From Chiloscyllium plagiosum (taxonomy: Eukaryota), in contig NC_057750.1 in NCBI RefSeq assembly GCF_004010195.1, positions 3,837,450 through 3,901,449 on the forward strand: DNA of 64,000 nt, in the 5' to 3' direction. The notes beneath the pieces were generated by a model. That model searched no databases and had not been told where the DNA came from. It saw nothing but the letters and a program-made list of their open reading frames with translations. The position numbers and the translations under genes are program-made. The number at the start of each line of letters is the position of its first letter. Position 1 is the stretch's first letter. This document shows positions 12,240 through 25,440 of the stretch, one piece after another.

Positions 12240-12425
12240 CCTGTGAGTCAGAGGGGAGTTTGCCAACTCCGCACCATTTTGAACACAGAAGGTCCAGGCT
12301 GACCTTTCTTTTCCTGTTACAGTACTGAGGGATTGCTGCACGGTCAGAGGTGCCGTCCTTTGGATGAGACTTTAAGGTGACACCTGACCATACTCTCTCA
12401 CCACTAAAGGAGGCCCTGTGGCCTA
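12240..12425 (+). mobile_element. Deu-domain SINE fragment
   Basis: cagtactgagggattgctgcacggtcagaggtgccgtcctttggatgagac matches the recalled Deu-SINE core. Confidence 0.6.
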
Positions 12426-13407
12426 TTTTGGCTGAGTTGGTTGACAAACGTCTGACAAAACTCATTCCATTATCCAGTTCTTGGTCTTGGATAACCTGAG
12501 TGTATATCTAAACACGGCTTAAATGTTGCAAGAGTTTTTTTCTTAATTCACTCATGGGATCTGGACGTCCTTGGAGGGGCTAGCATTTGATCTATTGATT
12601 TATTGTTGTCACATATACTGCGATACAGTGAAAAGTGTTGTTTTACATGCTATTCACAGATTGTACCATACAAAGTGTATCAGCGTAGTAGAGTAGATTG
12701 CAGATTAGTGTTACAATAGCAAAGAAGGTGTAGAGAGAGAGAGGACATTTGAGAGGTCTGTCCAAAAGCCTGAAAGCAGTGGGAAAGAGGCTGTTCCTGA
12801 GTCTATTTGTATGTGTGATCAAACTTTTATGTCTTCTGCCCGATGGAAGAGAGTACAACTGAAGGAGTCTTTTATTGTATTGGTTGCTTATCTGAAGCAG
12901 CAAGAAACATAAATGGAGTCAGTGGATGGAAGGCTGGTTTGTGTGTTGCATTAAGCTGTGGACATAGCTCTCTGTAGTTTCTTGCAGTGTTCAGAAGAGC
13001 AGCTGCCACACCACGCTGTAATGCATCCAGATAGGAAGTTTTCTATGGTGCATCTATAAAAATTGGTAAGAGTCCTTGTTGAATTTCCTTAGCCTCCTGA
13101 GGGAGTAAAGACGTTGTGCTTTCATGAATATCGGGTTCTTGTGGGTGAACCAGGACAGATCATCACTCCTAGGAACTTGACACTCGCGACCATCTCCACC
13201 TCAGCAGCATTGCTGCAGACAGGGGTGTACCCTTGACTTCACTTCCTGAAGTCAGTGATCAGCTCCTTCATTTTGCTGATGTTAATCGAGAGATTGTTGT
13301 CTTTACGCTGTGTCGCTAAACACTCAATTTCTTCCCTGTATTCTGTCTTGTCATTGTTTGAGGTCCAACCTACAATGGTAGCATCGTCAGCAAACTTGTA
13401 AATGAAG

Positions 13408-13500
13408 CAAATACAGAACCTGCTGGAGAAGCTCAGCGGGTCTGGCAGCATTATCTGCGTTTGTTTCTGATTTCCAGCATCCATAGTTCTTTCTGTTTTT
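13408..13500. mobile_element. short inverted Penelope-terminus insertion in the Rex1 RT
   Basis: 15-bp TSD aa(c/t)ttgtaaatg(a/g)ag at 13393-13407 / 13501-13515. Confidence 0.7.
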
Positions 13501-14678
13501 AATTTGTAAATGGAGTTGGGGCAGAATTTGGCCACACAGTCCTGAGTGTTTAAGGAGTATAGTAGGAGCTGAGTATGCAGCTTTGCAGGACACCCGTAGT
13601 GAGGATTCTTACTGATTGTGGTCTATGGGTGAGCAAGTCATGTGTCCAGTTACAGAGGAGGGAGCTAAGACCCAGGTCTCAGAATTTAGAGATAATTTTG
13701 TTTGGAATTAATGATTTTGAAAGCAGAGCTGTGGTCAATAAATCGGAGTCTGATTAGCTATCTTTGTCATCCAGATATTCCAAGGATTGAGTGTAGCATC
13801 AGGAAGGTGGTGGCTGCTATGCATCTGTTGCGCTGGTTGGTGAATTGCAAAGGGTCAAGGTGATTTGGGAGGTTGGAGTTGATGTGAGCCATGACTAACC
13901 TCTCGAAGCACTTCATAATTATCGGGGTCAGAGACATCTACCAATAATCTTTGAGGCATGCTTCATGATTTTTCTTTGGCTTCAGGATAATGGTGGTCTT
14001 CTTGAAGCAAATAGGGAGTTCAGATTGTAGTAAGGACAGGTTAAACATGTCTGTGAATGTGCCCTCCAGTTGGTTCACATAGGATTTCACAGCCAGGTAC
14101 TCCATTTGGGCCAGTCGCTTTTGTGGGTTCACTCTAACCAATCTGACATCTATGATCATGACCATGGGTACAAGTGCATCTGATGCTCTTAAGATAGGAT
14201 GACATCATTTCCCTGGCCTTCTGTTCAAAACAGGTGTAGAATACATTGAGCTCATTTGGTAGGGATGTACTGTTGCCCGTGATTCTATTTAACTTTGCTG
14301 TATAGCCTGTGATGTCGTGTAAGCCTTGCCACAAATGACGGCTGTCCGTGTGGTTGGTTTGGGTCTCTGCTTAGCTTAGTATTGCCTCTTGGCATTTCCA
14401 ATGGCCTTACAAAGTTTGTACCTGGATTTCCTGTATAGGTCAGGGTTGCCCGACTTGAATGCCTCAGACCTGGACTTCAGTAGGGAGTGGATCTCCCAGT
14501 TCATCCATGGTTTCTACTTGGGAACATTCGGATTAACTTCTTCAGCATGCAATATTCTACATGCTTACACATGAAGTTTGTGACAGTAGTGGGTTAGCTG
14601 CTGAGTTCTTGAATATGGACCAGTCCACTATCTCTAAGCAGTCACATAAAACACCTTCCATTGCCTCAGACCATCACT

Positions 14679-17259
14679 CCAGTTACAGTCTCCACCTCCA
14701 CTCCAGCTCCAGCCCTGGACCAGGTCCTACTCCCAGCCCTGCCTGGTTTTCACCATCCCTCCAGACCTCCCTCTCACTGAGGACGAACGATCAGTCCTCA
14801 GCTAAGGCCTTACCTTCATCCCCCTCTGCTCTCGGATTAATGAATTCAGCGCGAGTTGTGACATCGAACATTTCTTCCTCCGCCTCCAGACTTACTTTTT
14901 CCACCAAGACACCTGCCCATATTCCGAAAACCTCTTCTCCACCCTCCACCACACCCCATCCACCTGGACACCCCATGCCGGTCTGATACCTGCCCTCAAT
15001 TTCTTTATTTCCAATAGCCACTGGACATTGACCAATCGCAATCTTTCCACCCCCCCCTCACCCACTCCAACCTCGCAACACACAGCCCTCCAAGCCCTCC
15101 GCTCCAACCCCAACATCAAACCTGCGGACATGGTAGTTTGGCACACTGACCTCTACATCCCTGAAGCCAGGTGCCAACTTGAAGACACCTCCTCTTATTG
15201 CCCCTGTGACCATGACCTCATCTCCCATCATCAAACCATCATCTCCCAGATCGTACACAACCTCATCACTTCAGGGGATCTCCCACCCACAGCTTCCAAC
15301 CTCATGGTTCGGGAACGACGCACCGCCCAATTCTACCTCCTACCCAAGATCCATAAGCCTGACTACTCCGGCCAACCCATCGTCTCGGTCTGCTCCTGCC
15401 CCACCGAGCCCATCTCCACATACCTTGTTGCTGTCCTATCCTCCCGGTCCAGGAACTCCCCACATACGCTCGGGACACCAGCTACGCTCTCCATCACCTC
15501 CAAGACTTTGATTTCCCTGGCCCCCAATGCTTCATCGTCACCATAGACATCCAGTTCCTATACCTCCATCTGCTATGACGAGGGCCTCCAAGTCCTCCAT
15601 TTCTTCTCCCGACGTCCTCACCAGTACCCTTCCACTAACACTAATTTGTTTGGCTGAACTGGTCCTCACCCTCAATAATTTCTCTTTTGATTAGATGAGA
15701 TTGGATTCCCTACAGTATGGAAACAGGTCATTCAGCCCAACATGTTCACAACGACCCTCCGAAGAGTAACCCACCCAGACCCATTCCCCTACCATATATT
15801 TACCCCTTTTATACACCTAACACTACGGGCAGTTTAGCATAGTCAATTCACCTGACCACATCTGTGGATTGTGGGAGAAAGCCAGAGGAAACCCATGCAG
15901 ATAGAGGGGGAATGTGCAAACTCCACACAGACGGTCGCCCAAGGCGGGAATTGAACCTGGGTCCCTGGTGCTGAGAGGCAACAATGCTACCCACTGAGCC
16001 ACCGTGCTGCCCCAAATCCTCCCATTTCTTCCAGACAAAAGAGGTAGCCATCGGTCCCAGATATGCCTGTCTCTTTGTCAGTTACGTGGAACAGTCCGTC
16101 TTCCGCAGTTATCCCGGCACCATTCCCCACCTTTTCCTTCTCTACATTGATGGTACATCAGCACGAGGAGGTTAAACAGTTCATCAACTTCACCAACACT
16201 TTCCACCCTGAGTTCACCTGGACCATCTCAGACTCCTCCCTCCCCTTCCTGGACCTCTCCATCTTCATTAACGGTGACCAACTCAACACTGACATTCTCT
16301 ACAAATCCACCGACTCCCACAGCTACCAGGAATACACCTCTTCCCACCCTGTCTCCTGTAAAAATGCTATCCCTTATTCCCAATTCTTCCTCCTCTGCCG
16401 CATCTGCTCCCAAGAGGACCAATTCCACCACAGAACATATCAGATGACCACCTCCTTTAACGACCGCAATTTCCCTTCCCACGTGGTGGTTGATGCCCTC
16501 CAGCACATCTCATCCACTTCCCGGACCTCCACTCTCAAACCACACCCCTCAAACCGCATCAAGGACAGACCCCTCCCCCCAAACCTCCTGGGAGCCTTCC
16601 ACATTCATCAGAGTTTTACCTGCATTTCCACACAGGTCATTTACTGTTTTTATTGCTCCCGATGTGGTCTTCTCTACACTGGGGAGATGGGATGCCTACT
16701 CACATACCGCTTCAGAGAACTCCTCCAGGACACCCACACCAACCAACCCCACTGCCCCATGGCTGACCACTTCAACAACTCCTGCCATTCCACCAAAGGC
16801 ATGCAGGTGCTGGGCCTCCTCCATCACCACTCCCTAACCGATGCCTGGAGGAAGTGCGCCTCATCTTCCAACTCGGAGCCCTCCAACCCCATGGCATCAA
16901 TGTGGATTTCACCAGTTTCCTCGTTTCCCCTCCCCTATCTTATTCCAGATCCAAACTTCCAACTTGGCACCACCTTCACGATCTGCCCATCTTCCTTCCT
17001 ACCTATCCGCTCCACCCTCCTCTCCGACCTGTCACCATTACCCCCACTCTGTCTACCTATCACGCACTCAGCTACCTTCCTTCCTGCCCCACCCCCCCCT
17101 TCCCATTTATCTCACCACCCTGTCGACTCTCAGCCTCATTCTTCATGAAGGGCTTTTCCCAAAACATCGATTCTCCTGCTCGGATGCTGCCTGGCCTGCT
17201 GTGTTTTTCCAGCACTGCACTCTCAACTCTGATCTCCAGCACCTACAGTCCTCATTTTC
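14679..17259 (+). mobile_element. Penelope-like retroelement nested in Rex1
   Basis: RT (FYLLPKIHKPD, SLPFLDL, YKSTDSHSY) and GIY-YIG (IYCFYCSRCGLLYTGE); TSD cctcag(a/g)ccatcact at 14664-14678 / 17260-17274. Confidence 0.92.
15691..16012 (-). mobile_element. HE1-like V-SINE nested in the Penelope element
   Basis: Full head, V-domain and tail interrupting the Penelope RT. Confidence 0.88.
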
Positions 17260-18229
17260 CCTCAGGCCATCACTGCAACACTTTCTATACTGGGTGCTCA
17301 TGCTTCAATTTCTGCTTGTAAGCCAGGAGGAAGAGCACAGCATTGTGATCTGAATTTCCAAAATGTGGACAGGGATAGACCATTAGACATCTTTAGTTCA
17401 AGGAAGCATTTTCGGACCTCTGGTGAGGCTGGAAACGTGTTGATGGTATTTTGGTAACATATTCTTGAGGTTGGTCTAGTTGTAGTCACCAGCTACGATG
17501 CACAAGGCCTCCAAGTATTCTTTCTCAAGACTGCAGTGTTGTATACTTCATCAAGTGCACTCTTCACTTCCACAAAGGGTGGGATGTAGACTGCAGTCAG
17601 GATAGCGGAGGTGAACTCATGCAGTAGCTAGTTGAGACAGCACTTTATTGGAAGGTCTTCTTAGTGTAGGGAGCAGTAATGCACTAGGGTAACCATATCT
17701 GAGCACCAGGAGGTATTGATTAGGAGGCAGACCCCACTGCCTGTTGTCTTGCCCGAGGACGCTGAGTGGTCCACTTGGTGAATTGAGAAACTCTCGGACT
17801 GTAAGGCACAGTCAGGTGTAGCAGGAGGAGGCAATGTCTCCATAAACAGAGCACGCAACAGTCTTTCAATTCCCTTTGGAAGGTGAGTCTAGCTTTAGAT
17901 TCATCCATTTTGGTCTCAATGGCTTGGATGTTTACCAGGAGTACTCTGGAGGGGTACTTCAAAGCCCGAATTGTCAGTCTCACCTGAAGTCCAGTGCATC
18001 TCCCACTTTTCCTGGGTAGGTAACTGCTCCTGTCGATCCTGAGGGAAGTCTGCTTCTCCAAGGGGTAAGTGTGCGCTCCAATGGGGTCCTGGGTACTTGT
18101 CATGGCCTTGAATGTTCCGGGGGTTCTTGGGCCGGTTAGGTTGGACCTCTTCGATGTCGGATTTATTGCTCATTCCTGGTTGCCCTTGAGAAGGCAATTG
18201 GGGGACTGCCTACTTTAACTGCTTTCAGT

Positions 18230-19800
18230 CTATTTCTGATTCAAACTCTCTTTCAGGTTGTGAATTGCAGACTCTTGCTGCTCTCTGGATGAAAAAGTTC
18301 TCACCTTAAAATCTATGCCATTGACCTCTGCACACCAAGAGCCCTGTGATCATCATTACTGTCTAGAATCTGCTATTCCTAGTATCCCTTGCATTACTAG
18401 TCCTCCATGGTGGATCTCTCACTTTTCCAAGTTGATTTCCATTGGCCCACTATTCTACCTGTCTGACCAGTCTGTTGACAAATTTCTGTAGTTTATGCTG
18501 TCCTGACTGTTGCCCATCCTACCAATTTTTGTGTCATATGTAGACATTTTGATCATATGCGCTACTTTTGAGTCCGTATCATCAATGTACACCGCAAACA
18601 GCAAGGACCCGTGGGCGGCACGGTGGCACAGTGCGTTAGCACTGCTGCCTCACAGCGCCAGAGACCCGGGTTCAATTCCCGCCTCAGGTGACTGTGTGGA
18701 GTTTGCACATTCTCCCCGTGTCTGCGTGGGTTTCCTCCGGGTGCTCCGGTTTCCTCCCACAGTCCAAAGATGCGCAGCTCAGGTGAATTGGCCATGCTAA
18801 ATTGCCCGTAGTGTTAGGTAAGGGGTAAATGTAGGGGTATTGGGTGGGTTGCGCTTCGGCGGGTCGGTGTGGACTTGTTGGGCCGAAGGGCCTGTTTCCA
18901 CACTGTAATGTAACCTAAAAGACCCCAGCAGCCAGCCCTATGCAACACCACCAGAAACAGCCTCCAGTTACAGAAACATCCCTATACCATAATACTCTAC
19001 TTCCTGCCTCTCAGCCAATTTTGGATCCATTCTGCTACTTAGCCTTCTTAGTTTCTTGACCAGTCTGGCCTTAGACTTTGGCAAGGTGTTTGATTATATG
19101 GATCATATCAAATGCATTACTGTCAACAACATTCCTGGTTACTTGTCAAAAAAGAAATTTGGTCATATTTGCCAAGCGCTGTCTTCCTTTAACAAATCTA
19201 TGTCAACTTTCCCTGATTAATCCATGAATCTCCAAAGTGCAGCTTTATTCTGATGCAAAAGTAGGGAGGTTATGATTCAGTTGGACAGGGCATTAGTGAG
19301 ACCACATCTGGTGTACAATATTAGTCTCTTTATTCAAGGAAGGATGTAAATATGTTGGAAGCAATTTACTGGAGTAATACCTAGAATGGGTAGCATTTCT
19401 TACAAAAGGTTATACAGGCTAAGTATATATCTGCTGGAATTTAGAAAACTAGGAGGTGGCTTAATTTAAACATGTAAGACTCTGGGTGGTGTGGAAAGGA
19501 TGTTTCCTCTTGTCGGAGAATCTAGTAATTATTTCAAAATAAAAGACCATCTATGACGAAGGTAAAAATGATATTTTTTCCCCACAGAACATTATACACC
19601 TTTGAATTTTTTTTCTCAAAAGGTAGTGGTTACAGACTCCTTGACTGTTTTTAAATCAGAATGAAATGGATTCTTGATGAGTTAGGTCATGAAAAGTTAT
19701 TGGGGATAGGTGGGAATGTGGAGTAATCGGATCAGTCATGATCTTATTGAGTAGTGGAGCAGGCAGTAGAGGCCCAGTGCCCAATCTTGCTCCTAATTTG
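18230..19800. mobile_element. decayed CR1 fragments (minus ~18230-19230, plus ~19260-19800)
   Basis: Recognisable CR1 RT and 3' tail sequence. Confidence 0.65.
18613..18917 (+). mobile_element. HE1-like V-SINE (young)
   Basis: A box TGGCACAGTG, B box GGTTCAATTCC, V-domain gtgtggagtttgcacattctcccc, (TGTAA) tail; interrupts a CR1. Confidence 0.92.
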
Positions 19801-20289
19801 TATGTTTAAATGTATTAGTCGACATGTTTCTTTTTTGTGTAAGATGTAGGCTCAAGGCATTTAAATAGAACAAGGAAAGCACTGAATGTTTTTCAGTTAA
19901 TTGGGTGAAATATTTTCTGTTCTGACAAGTTTTCAGATTTTTATGAATGTTTCATAACTTATGCATTTAATTTAGTGACCTTGGAATAGTGAGGAAGTTT
20001 TTGTTTCAAGACTTCTGCAATTTGAAGGTCATTTCTGTATTTCTGATTTTTTTAGGCAAAGGATTTAAGATTATGGAACTAAGGCAGGTATATAGATGGA
20101 GTTAAGATAATGAATTGTAGAACAGATTTGAGGGGGCTGAATGACCTCTTTATATTTCTCTTGTAACAATCCTGTGGCAATAAATGAAAAAGATTAAAGA
20201 ATTGCAATTTCCATTTGTCAGTTGAACACAATGGAAGAGACAGACTTTCTTTAAAGGGCATGGTTGCCTTTGAATCTGATAAAACAAGA

Positions 20290-20740
20290 TGGAGAAGGAC
20301 TGCAGTTAATGTCCACTACACCTCCAATTTTGGTGTCATCTGCAAACGCGCTAACTATACCATCTTTGTTCACATCCAAATAATTTATATAAATGACGAA
20401 AGGTAGTGGACCCAGCACCGATCCTTGTGGCATACCAGTGGTCACAGGCCTCCAGTCTGAAAAGCAACCCTCCTCCACCACCCCCTCTGTCTTCTACCTT
20501 TGAGCCAGCTCTGTATCCAAATGGCTAGTTCTCCCAGTATTCCGTGAGATCTAACCTTGCTAGCCAGTCTCCCTTGAGGAACCTTGTCAAACGCCTTACG
20601 GAAGTCCATTTAGATCACGTCTACTGCTCTGCCCTCATCAATCCTCTTTGTTACTATTTCAAAGAACTCAATCAAGTTCGTGAGACATGATTTCCCACAC
20701 ATAAAGCCATGCTAACTATCCCAATCCTATCAGTCCTTGC
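20290..20740 (-). mobile_element. CR1 RT fragment
   Basis: WRPVTTGMPQGSVLGPL...FADDTKIGG. Confidence 0.88.
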
Positions 20741-20771
20741 CTCATGACAACCCAAGCATACAATAATGTGT

Positions 20772-20941
20772 CAAAAAGTGTGTAATTGGAAAAGCACAGC
20801 AGGTCAGGCAGCACCCAAGGAGCAGGAAAGTCAACGTTTTAGGCATAAGGGTCATGCTCCTTGGATGCTACCTGACCTGTGCTTTTCCAGCACCACACGT
20901 TTGACTCTGATTCTCCAGCATCTGCAGTCCTCACTTTCTCT
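20772..20941. mobile_element. short fold-back Penelope pLTR insertion
   Basis: Imperfect inverted arms; diverged TSD catacaataatgtgt / catataacaagtgtgt. Confidence 0.8.
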
Positions 20942-22271
20942 CATATAACAAGTGTGTTCCTTATGATTTAGACTGTACATTTTTGCAGTTTGCATGCAAA
21001 TGTCTTCAATCTTTCTGAAAGTGGACTGAATTTCATTTGGTTAGCTGCATATTGACATGAATTGGCAAGCTATTTCCACTTGCCAGACATGGATCATATG
21101 TTTTCTATCAGTGCAGCTTGTCTGGTTGGTGTTGGCATACTTCCATCTACCAGAGATGATGAACATGCATCAAATCAACTCCATTGGGGAAGGGGTTGCT
21201 CTTCATGAGCACGTTTGCTGGTGGCTAAAGAGACCAATCCGTGAGAAGCAGGTTCTACCACATGAAATAGTTATCGGGTGTCGATGTGAGGTTTACTGTT
21301 TTGCGTATTGGTGCCTGTTGCCAAACTGATGTTATTGATCACACCCCTCAACTTCCAATGCTCCAGGGAAAACAGCCCCAGCCTATTCAGCCTCTCCCTG
21401 TAGCTCAAATCCTCCAACCCTGGCTTGAGGACCTTCTTGTCACATTTAAGAGCATGCATGAAGCAGAGCTTTGGTCATATGTCTCCTGCTACCATGTGTT
21501 ACTGAAAATCATAAGACCATAAGAAGTAGAAACTGGAGTAGGCTGTTTGGCCTCTCAGGTCTGCTGGTGCTATTCAGTAGGATCATGGCTGATTGAACAT
21601 TCCTCATGTCCACTTCCCTGTCATTTCACAATAACCCTTATATCCCTCCTGATAAGAATATATCTCAGCTTTAAATATACATAAGGGCCCTGTCCCCAGA
21701 GCTGTCTGTGGCAAAGTGTTCTGAAGATTTCAATCCTCAGAAGAAATTCCTCAACATCCTCATGAAAATCAATCATCTTCCATCCTTCCTCTGTGTGAAC
21801 CTGTAAAATTGCTTCTGATTGATGGATCCAACATAGTTGGGAGTTTCCCTTTGAGAGGATTGCCATTTTTGTAATTTTGTCTGTCCATGAGATGATCAGA
21901 ATATGTCACAAATTGTGCAGGTATTAGTTGAATTTGCTTTCATGTTAGCTGTGTAATATATGAAATATTGCATGCTTAGCAGGTCACCTTGCTTAACTTA
22001 AAACTGATTTTCTATTTTCTCCCTACAGTTCAGTTGCAATCCTTTGCTACTTGACTCTACAGTGGTTTGTTTCAGACAGCTTATGTGTCTGCTTTGTTTT
22101 CTGGCTGTTCCCATTCAGGAAGTATATCAAAATCCTTCCAAAACAATCTAAATACTGAATGATGAAGACAACACCAAACTGACTCATTAACACACAAACA
22201 CCATCTCCGAACTTTGACATTTTTTTAGCTTGTAGGAATGCATGAGATCTTGCAACACAACATTTTAAAAA

Positions 22272-23760
22272 ATGGATAAATTCCAGGGGCTAGATGGATT
22301 TTTCCTAAGATTCTTTGGGAAGCCAGGGACGAGATTGCTGATCTTTATGTCGTCATTGTGTATAGGAATAGTGCCAGAAGACTGGAGGATAGCAAATGTT
22401 GTTCCCTTGTTCAAGAAGGGAAGTCGAGATAACACTGGTCATTATGGACCAGTGAGCCTTACTTTGGTTATGGGTGAAGTGTTGGAAAAGGATAGGAACA
22501 AGTTGATTTGGGAGAGTCAGCATAGTTTTGCGACGGATAGGTCGTGCCTCACAAACCTTATTGAGTTTTTGAGAAAGTGGCCAAACAGATGGATGAGGAT
22601 AAAGCGGTTGATGTGGTGTATATGGATTTCAGGAAGGTGTTTGATAAGGTTCCCCATGGTAGGCTACTGCACAAAATATGGAAGCATAGGATTGAGGGTG
22701 ATTTAGCGGTTTGGATCAGAAATTGGCTAGCTGAAAGATGACAGAGGGTAGTGGTTGTTGGAAAATGTTCATCCTGGAGTTCAGTTACTAATGGTGAACT
22801 TGCAAGGGTCTGGTTTGGGTCCACTATTGTTTGTCATTTTTATATAAACGACCTGGATGAGGGCATAGAAGGATGCGTTAGTAAATTTGCAGATGACATG
22901 AAGGCCAGTACAGTTGTGGATAGTACTGAAGGATGTTGTAGGTTACAGAGGGACATAGATAAGCTGCACAGATGGGCTGACAGGAGGCAGATGAGTGTGA
23001 GGTGATTCACTTTGGACAGAGTAACATAAATGCAGAGTACTGGGCGAATGGTAAGATTCTTGGTAGTATAGATGAGCAGAGAGATCTCAGTGTCCATTTA
23101 CATAGATCCCTCAAAGTTGGCATCCATATTTATAGGGTTGTTAAGAAGGTAAATGGTGTATTAGCTTTTATTAGTTGAGGGATTGAGTTTCGGAGCCACG
23201 AGGTCATGCAGCAGCAGTACAAAACTCTGGTGCAGCCGCATTTGGAGTATTGTGTGCAGTTCTAGTCACTGCATTATAGGAAGGATGTGGAAGCTTTGGA
23301 AAGGGTTCAGAGGAGATTTACTAGGATGTTGCCTGGTATGGAGGGAAAGTCTTACAAGGAAAGGTTGAGGGACTTGAGGCTGTTTTCGTTAGACCTAAGA
23401 AGGTTGAGAGGTGACTTAATTGAGACAGGTAAGATTATCAGAGATTTAGATTGGGTGGACAGTGAGAGCCTTATTCTGAGGATGGTGATGGCTAGCATGA
23501 GGGGGTATAGCTTCAAATTGAGGGGTGATAGTTATAGGACAGATGTCAGAGATAGTTTCTTTACTCGGAGAGTAGTCGGGGTGTGGAATACACTGCAACA
23601 GTTGTAGACTCGCCAACTTTACGGACATTTATGTGATCATTGGATAGACATATGGAAGAGAATAGAATAGTGTAGGGGATAGATGGGCTTCAGATTGGTT
23701 TCTCAGGGCAGCACAACATTGAGGGCTAAAGGGCCTGTACTACGCTGTTATGTTCTATGT
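22272..23760 (+). mobile_element. CR1 LINE 3' ~1.5 kb, frameshifted
   Basis: [48 protein letters not shown]; tgttctatgt tail. Confidence 0.92.
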
Positions 23761-25208
23761 TAAAACTTTATTTTTAAAAATTGAGCGAAGAAATGAATTG
23801 CATTTACCCATTGTAAACCTTTAAATGTTATGGATCAAAAAATAATAGTGCTTGTACTGCACAGTTGTAATTCGTATTGCTGTGGCATATGAGGCAGTGG
23901 GTTTCATTGCTGATAAGAGAGATGTGTTGCTGAAGCTTTTTTGTCTTGCACTCCTCACAGCAAATGTAACACTGACACGTTTCAAACAGTCACAGCAGTT
24001 TGTACTCCAGGAGCTGACCAATTGGCAGACTGACTTGATTGGCGAAAGCATTGCTGTGGAGAAAGTTACGAGGAAACTATTGGCTCCCAACTTGCCATCT
24101 AATTTTCTAAAAAAAGACCCAGGTCAATTTTACAAAGCATCATGAGCAGGTTAAATTTAAATTTCATGTCTGATTGTAACCAGCAGTCATAAAAGTTAAT
24201 TCCTGTCTTCCCAGAACTAATTTAAAGTAAATATGTCTACTGATCTAACAACAGGCATTGGTTGATTATGGAGAGATTGTTAGTGTGTTGTCAACATTTA
24301 TCACACTGACACAATAAATGTGCACAATAGAAGCTTAACAATGTTTAGCATAAACATGCTCAGGACACTCTTGTGGCACAGTGGTTATGTGCCTACCTCT
24401 GGATCTGGATGCCCGGGTTCAAAGCCCACCTACTCTAGAGGTATATAATAACATCTCTGAACAGATTGATTAGAAAAATAGGTTATACTTAAATGCAATT
24501 CCGCCAATCTAGATTTGTACACAGTAAATAACATGAAGGGAAGTTGATCTCGTTTAAACATAATATTTACAGCTTCAGTGACATCTTCTAGAGCACAAAG
24601 TGGAGGTAGCAGAAAGAGGGATCGACCTAGGTGCGGTTGGATGACACATTTCGTTGACAAGCTACAATGAAAGTATGTATAAATGCAAGACAGATAAGGA
24701 TGACACATCATGACAGCAGGTCTCCTTGTACGAGCATCTAAAAATAGAGTCAGAGAACGTTTACAGTACAGAAATGGGTCATTTGTCTCAACCCGATTCA
24801 GTGCTGGTGTTTTCTTCATTATTAGTACCTTACCTTTGTGCTTTAAGCCAGTTCTGCTGCCTGCACATTGAGATACTGGTTTGAATTAATTCTGAGTTAT
24901 GAGAATCTGTACATGCACTATTCCTGAAGATGCTTGTTCCTTATCTCTAAGTAAGGTGCACCAATTTCTTATGTATTATTACAATCCTTTATTTAGGTTA
25001 ACAAGTACAGCTGTCTATTGTAGTGTCTGAGACTTCACTTTTTGCATGCTCATTCTAGACTGCTATCTTTGCTTATTAGTGTCAGGGTCATTTGATCATG
25101 AATCTCATTATACAACAGTGAACCTCCTTCCATCCCAACTTCTTCACCATACTCTCTTTACTTTACCCTGATGGGCGTGAATAGCTTGTCCTTAAATTCA
25201 TATCGACT

Positions 25209-25440
25209 GAGAGAAAATGAGGATTACCTGACAATCTTCCTTCATACCTATCCATGCAACCCTCCCCTCTGACCTATCACCATCATCTACCTATCACCTT
25301 CCCAGCTACCTACCCCCCCACCCTCCCATTTATCTCCACATACATGCATGTTCCTGATGAAGGGCTTATGCCCGAAACACCGACTCTCCTGCTCCTCGGA
25401 TGCTGCCTGACCAGCCTATCCAGCACCACACTTTTTGACT
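25209..25440 (+). mobile_element. Penelope pLTR remnant with hammerhead motif and short inverted terminus
   Basis: ctgatgaagggcttatgcccgaaac at 25354-25378; inverted terminus gagagaaaatgagg at the left end. Confidence 0.8.

Larger units (their letters stand above)
12590..18170 (-). mobile_element. Rex1/Babar-like LINE, decayed, with nested insertions
   Basis: APE fragments (VLLVNIQAIETKMDE, GVCLLINTSWC); RT (DMFNLSLLQSELPICFKKTTII, IYKFADDATIVG, KELITDFRK); C-terminus LPSGRRHKSL...RLRNSLFPTA. Confidence 0.85.

Noticed and set aside
11655..12341. ORFs with VGPGLVAKGLS, poly-GA, poly-PE or poly-PA repeats
   Set aside because: Translations of the minisatellite and the GGAGCC repeat.
16063..17148. 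361-aa ORF as a domesticated gene
   Set aside because: Penelope remnant with an internal deletion and frame shifts; its hammerhead is also decayed.
18613..18690. tRNA gene (also at 37361 and 46758)
   Set aside because: A/B boxes run directly into the V-SINE body; these are SINE heads.
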